In this document: piece after piece, positions 61,201-64,000 of the stretch
Numbering within the stretch: position 1 is the first letter of the stretch
How the letters are laid out: the number at the start of each line of letters is the position of its first letter
Source of the DNA: Azolla caroliniana
Lineage: Eukaryota > Plantae > Polypodiophyta
Assembly (NCBI GenBank): GCA_043228905.1
Contig: JBHGNT010000009.1
Location: 10,044,001 to 10,108,000 of the forward strand
Reading direction: 5' to 3'
Length of the DNA stretch: 64,000 nucleotides
Program-made: the position numbers and the translations under genes
The notes under the pieces: model-generated
What the model was told of the DNA's origin: nothing
What the model saw: only the letters and a program-made list of their open reading frames with translations
Databases searched by the model: none

Positions 61201-63628
61201 ACCGGCAAGGGACCGGTTAGCACTCGAGGATCCGGCCGAAGACGGTGAAGAAACAGAACCGGCCGAAGAAGATGAAAATGATACCGGAACCGGCCCCGAT
61301 CCCGAAATGGATTCGGATGAAGAAGAAGAATCGGAAGAACCGGTTACCGAAGCTCCCGAACGGAGATATCCTCTAAGAGAGAGAAGGGCCCCCCGGAGAT
61401 TTCCGGAACCAGAGCACGTGTTGCTAACCGACGAGGGGGAGCCGGAGAGCTTTGAAGAAGCGAAGCATGACACCCAGAGCCGCAGGTGGTTGAGTGCCAT
61501 GCAGGACGAGATGGATTCCCTGCATGAGAACCACACATATGAACCTGTGGAGTTGCCGAAAGGAAAGCGGGCACTTCGAAACAAGTGGGTGTTCAAGCTG
61601 AAACCGGGAGATGCCGGAAACCCCCCGAGATACAAAGCCAGGATCGTGGTGAAGGGGTTTCAGCAGAAGAAGGGCGTCGACTTCGACGAGATATTTGCCC
61701 CGGTAGTGAAGATGACCTCCATCCGGACGGTGCTGAGCATAGCGGCAAGCATGGACCTCGAGGTAGAACAGATGGACGTGAAGACGGCATTCCTTCACGG
61801 TGACCTCGATGAAGAGATCTACATGCAGCAACCGGAAGGATTCGAGAAGAAAGGGAAGGAGCACCTGGTATGCCGATTGAAGAAGAGCCTTTACGGACTG
61901 AAGCAGGCTCCCTGGCAATGGTACCGGAAGTTCGACTCCTTCATGACCGACGAAGGGTACCTCAAAACGCAGTCCGACCACTGCGTGTTTGTGAAGAAGT
62001 TCGAAGGAGGAGACTTTCTAATACTCCTCCTGTACGTGGACGACATGTTGATCGTCGGACGGGACCAGGTCAAGATACGGATGCTGAAGAAGGCTCTTCA
62101 CCGAACCTTCTCAATGAAGGACCTGGGTCCGGCGAGACAAATACTAGGGATGCACATCATCCGGGACCGGAAGAAGAAGCAGTTGTGGCTGTCACAGGAG
62201 AAGTACGTGACGAAGGTGCTTCACCGGTTCAACATGTCGGAAGCAAGACCGGTCGGATCGACCCTCCCGGCAAACTGCAAGCTGTCCAGCAAGCAAAGTC
62301 CCAAGACAAAGGCTGAAAAGGAGGATATGATGAAAGTGCCATATGCCTCAGCCGTCGGGAGCTTGATGTACGCCATGGTGTGTACGAGACCGGACATAGG
62401 ATATGCAGTCGGAGTGGTGAGCCGGTACATGAGCAATCCCGGCAAAGAGCATTGGAACGCGGCCAAGTGGATACTCCGATACCTGAAGGGCACGGCAAAC
62501 GTGTGCCTCCGATTCGGCTCCGGTAAGCCCGAACTCGACGGCTTCACCGATTCGGATATGTCGGCTGATGCAGATACCAGCCGGTCCACATCAGGGTATG
62601 TGATGACGTATGCAGGGGGAGCTGTTTCGTGGCAGTCGAGGCTGCAGAAGACGGTTGCGTTGTCAACCACGGAGGCGGAGTACATGGCAGCTGTTGAAGC
62701 CGGCAAGGAAATAATATGGATGAAGGACTTCATTAGAGAGCTCGGTATCCGGCAGGAGGAGTACCGACTCTACTGCGACAGTCAGAGTGCAATCCACCTT
62801 GCGAAGAACGCGGCCTATCACTCCCGGACGAAGCACATCCAGCGAAGATATCACTGGATCCGGGAAAGGATAGAAGACAAGCAGTTCGTGCTGACAAAGA
62901 TCCACACGGACGAGAATGGGTCGGATATGCTGACCAAGGTGCTCACACCCGACAAGCTGGAAGCATGCCGGAAGAGGATCGGATTGGAAAGACATCCCAT
63001 GCCGAAGTGAAGGGGGAGTTTGTTGGAATTACGGTCCCTTCGGATGGGATGGTCGGATTTCGGAGATGAATGCCGACAAGCCCGGTTTCGGTTTCGGAAC
63101 CGGATGAGGAAGACCCCGACTTCGGAGCCGGATGACGAATGTACCCGGAGAGCGATCCGAATGCAGGGACATATCCGTGAATATGTCTGCTATGGGCCCC
63201 TGAGGCTATAGTTGTAAATAGCCCCAAAGTCATATATGTATAAATATGACTTAGGGCAAACTGTTTTAGTGTTGCTGATCATTTTTCTGTTTTTCCACTC
63301 AAGAGGAGTGAAGAGGGAGCAGCCGTGAGAGAGAGAGAGATAGAGCGCGAGAGAGAAAGAGGACGACGCCTCTGTGTATTTCCGCCGCCTGTGGCGAGGA
63401 CAGCGAGCTCAAGGTCGTCGCCTTGGAGCTCGTCATTGTATACTTCTCTTTGTATAGTGTTGTTTGGAGTCTTGTACTCCCGTGGTTTTTCCCATCTAGG
63501 GTTTTCCACGTTAATCCCTGTGTACTCGTTGTGGTTCTCCGTTTGGTTCCTATTTTCTGCTGCATTGATCCGCGATTACTCGGTTGTGGCCGAGTGGTGA
63601 AGGTGAATCGAAGCGTTGATTCCCAACA
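58296..63628 (+). mobile_element. Intact young Ty1/Copia element (Tnt1/Tork-like)
   Basis: TSD TAACC; 608-bp LTRs 58296-58903 and 63021-63628 with about 3 differences; PBS 58907-58918; PPT 63009-63018. Confidence 0.98.
58934..63010 (+). CDS. Copia gag-pol polyprotein (gag, CCHC, PR, integrase, RT, RNase H), uninterrupted
   Basis: Single ORF with CFHCGKPGHFRKNC, VVDSGAS, HTDVC..DNGGEY..AERMN, YVDD and SRTKHI...DMLTK. Confidence 0.97.
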   Translation: MEGGGSGQPGMMVLTAQNYADWKIKMEDLLIVRDLYEPIDRSEIPKGVLESEWKLLNRKAVATIRQYVDVSVLQHVANDTNAHEMWKKLSGLYERKNALNRTSLMRKIVNLKYRDGESMVEHVSTFMGFVNQLAAIKFPLEDAMQAIILMCTLPESWENLVVTLSTSCTEDNLSLQTVKTSILNEEARRRDKEPASDSKALLTESDRGRQWNRSPQRREKSGTRSQSRGRPTCFHCGKPGHFRKNCRHYRKDNGADDTDSKKSPERNGAYRGATDRRGSDRRGQDRKGTTALAASEEEIMLITEEGELNVAGDETTWVVDSGASFHLTPERRYFSSYTAGEHGCVRMGNEGTCRIAGIGDVWLTTPTGCKMLLKDVRHVPEVRLNLISAGRLDDEGYTGSIRNGVMKFSKGSLIVARARKDNTLYLMNARLCPEELNVAADTAGELWHKRLCHMSEKGMKRLAEDNLIPVKHVHLEKCTDCLAGKQNRTSFHSRPPTRRSAPLELVHTDVCQVETKSHGGAQYFVTFIDDHSRKLWTAPMKTKDQVLCVFKELHARVERESGKKLKAIRADNGGEYRGQFQEYCRSKGIRLEFTVPKTPELNGLAERMNRTIMERVRSMLAHAKLPKGFWAEAMSTATYVINRSPSVPLDGDTPQRVWTGREVSYRHLKVFGCLAYVHVAKDRRGKLDPKTRPCIFLGYGDDEFGYRVWDPVDKKIFRSRDIIFMEDKTLADWESEKKMKSSKSTGEDQLYEEQSRPARDRLALEDPAEDGEETEPAEEDENDTGTGPDPEMDSDEEEESEEPVTEAPERRYPLRERRAPRRFPEPEHVLLTDEGEPESFEEAKHDTQSRRWLSAMQDEMDSLHENHTYEPVELPKGKRALRNKWVFKLKPGDAGNPPRYKARIVVKGFQQKKGVDFDEIFAPVVKMTSIRTVLSIAASMDLEVEQMDVKTAFLHGDLDEEIYMQQPEGFEKKGKEHLVCRLKKSLYGLKQAPWQWYRKFDSFMTDEGYLKTQSDHCVFVKKFEGGDFLILLLYVDDMLIVGRDQVKIRMLKKALHRTFSMKDLGPARQILGMHIIRDRKKKQLWLSQEKYVTKVLHRFNMSEARPVGSTLPANCKLSSKQSPKTKAEKEDMMKVPYASAVGSLMYAMVCTRPDIGYAVGVVSRYMSNPGKEHWNAAKWILRYLKGTANVCLRFGSGKPELDGFTDSDMSADADTSRSTSGYVMTYAGGAVSWQSRLQKTVALSTTEAEYMAAVEAGKEIIWMKDFIRELGIRQEEYRLYCDSQSAIHLAKNAAYHSRTKHIQRRYHWIRERIEDKQFVLTKIHTDENGSDMLTKVLTPDKLEACRKRIGLERHPMPK

Positions 63629-64000
63629 TAACCGAATCAAGGTATTGTGGTAGGAAGGAGAGGTAGGTTTCGGAATGTCACGCCAACACTGTACTTAGTT
63701 GGATTCGTGACATGAGGTAGCTCTATGTAGATGTTACCTAGGTATCTCACACTAGAGATAGCCCCCAACCGTCTGCTCCAGACGAAACTTGTCAATACAG
63801 ATGATCGCTTCGAGGCCCAAAAGGGGTGCAGGGTATGGATTTCTGCCAAATCGGCTCCCAATGAGGCATGCACACAATTTCATAGTAAGAATAATACACT
63901 TAGAGACTTTAGAGATAAAACATAGGGTTTCCCCATGAGCACAGAATTATATTAATGATACAGAACTATTACAAGGAAAATTGATCGACTATCGGTTATG

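Larger units (their letters stand above)
58245..64000. mobile_element. Probable LTR-type insertion starting TGTTAC, itself interrupted by the young Copia and running off the window
   Basis: Old Copia integrase similarity stops at FIEWL|TGTTACTCC. Sequence after 63633 is non-coding and does not resume the integrase. Confidence 0.45.

Overview
Plant nuclear DNA, probably from a fern or other seed-free vascular plant (inferred from the PLS-class PPR gene, the TE-filled 15-kb intron and the LTR lineages present). There are three gene-like units. (1) A 5'-truncated PLS-E PPR gene. (2) A 5-exon S9B dipeptidyl-peptidase (DPP4/8/9-like) gene on the minus strand; its 15-kb intron holds a hAT MITE and a Copia element that itself carries a full-length Gypsy. 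(3) A 6-exon coiled-coil/RING-H2 gene that the ORF track shows only as fragments; it has one in-frame stop and an intron filled by a palindromic satellite. The rest is nested retrotransposons. A ~20-kb Gypsy (about 27961-48048) contains a self-priming chromovirus, a solo LTR, a LINE 3' end, a Copia and a solo LTR inside another solo LTR. Degenerate Copias follow, then a young intact Copia (58296-63628). The most notable observations are an apparent genomic fossil of the self-primed reverse-transcription intermediate, a Gypsy group making 4-bp CpG-centred target duplications with a tRNA-Trp PBS and a post-protease -1 frameshift site, and the RING gene with its satellite. No CRISPR, rRNA or tRNA genes were found. 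All coordinates were read by eye and no database searches were run.
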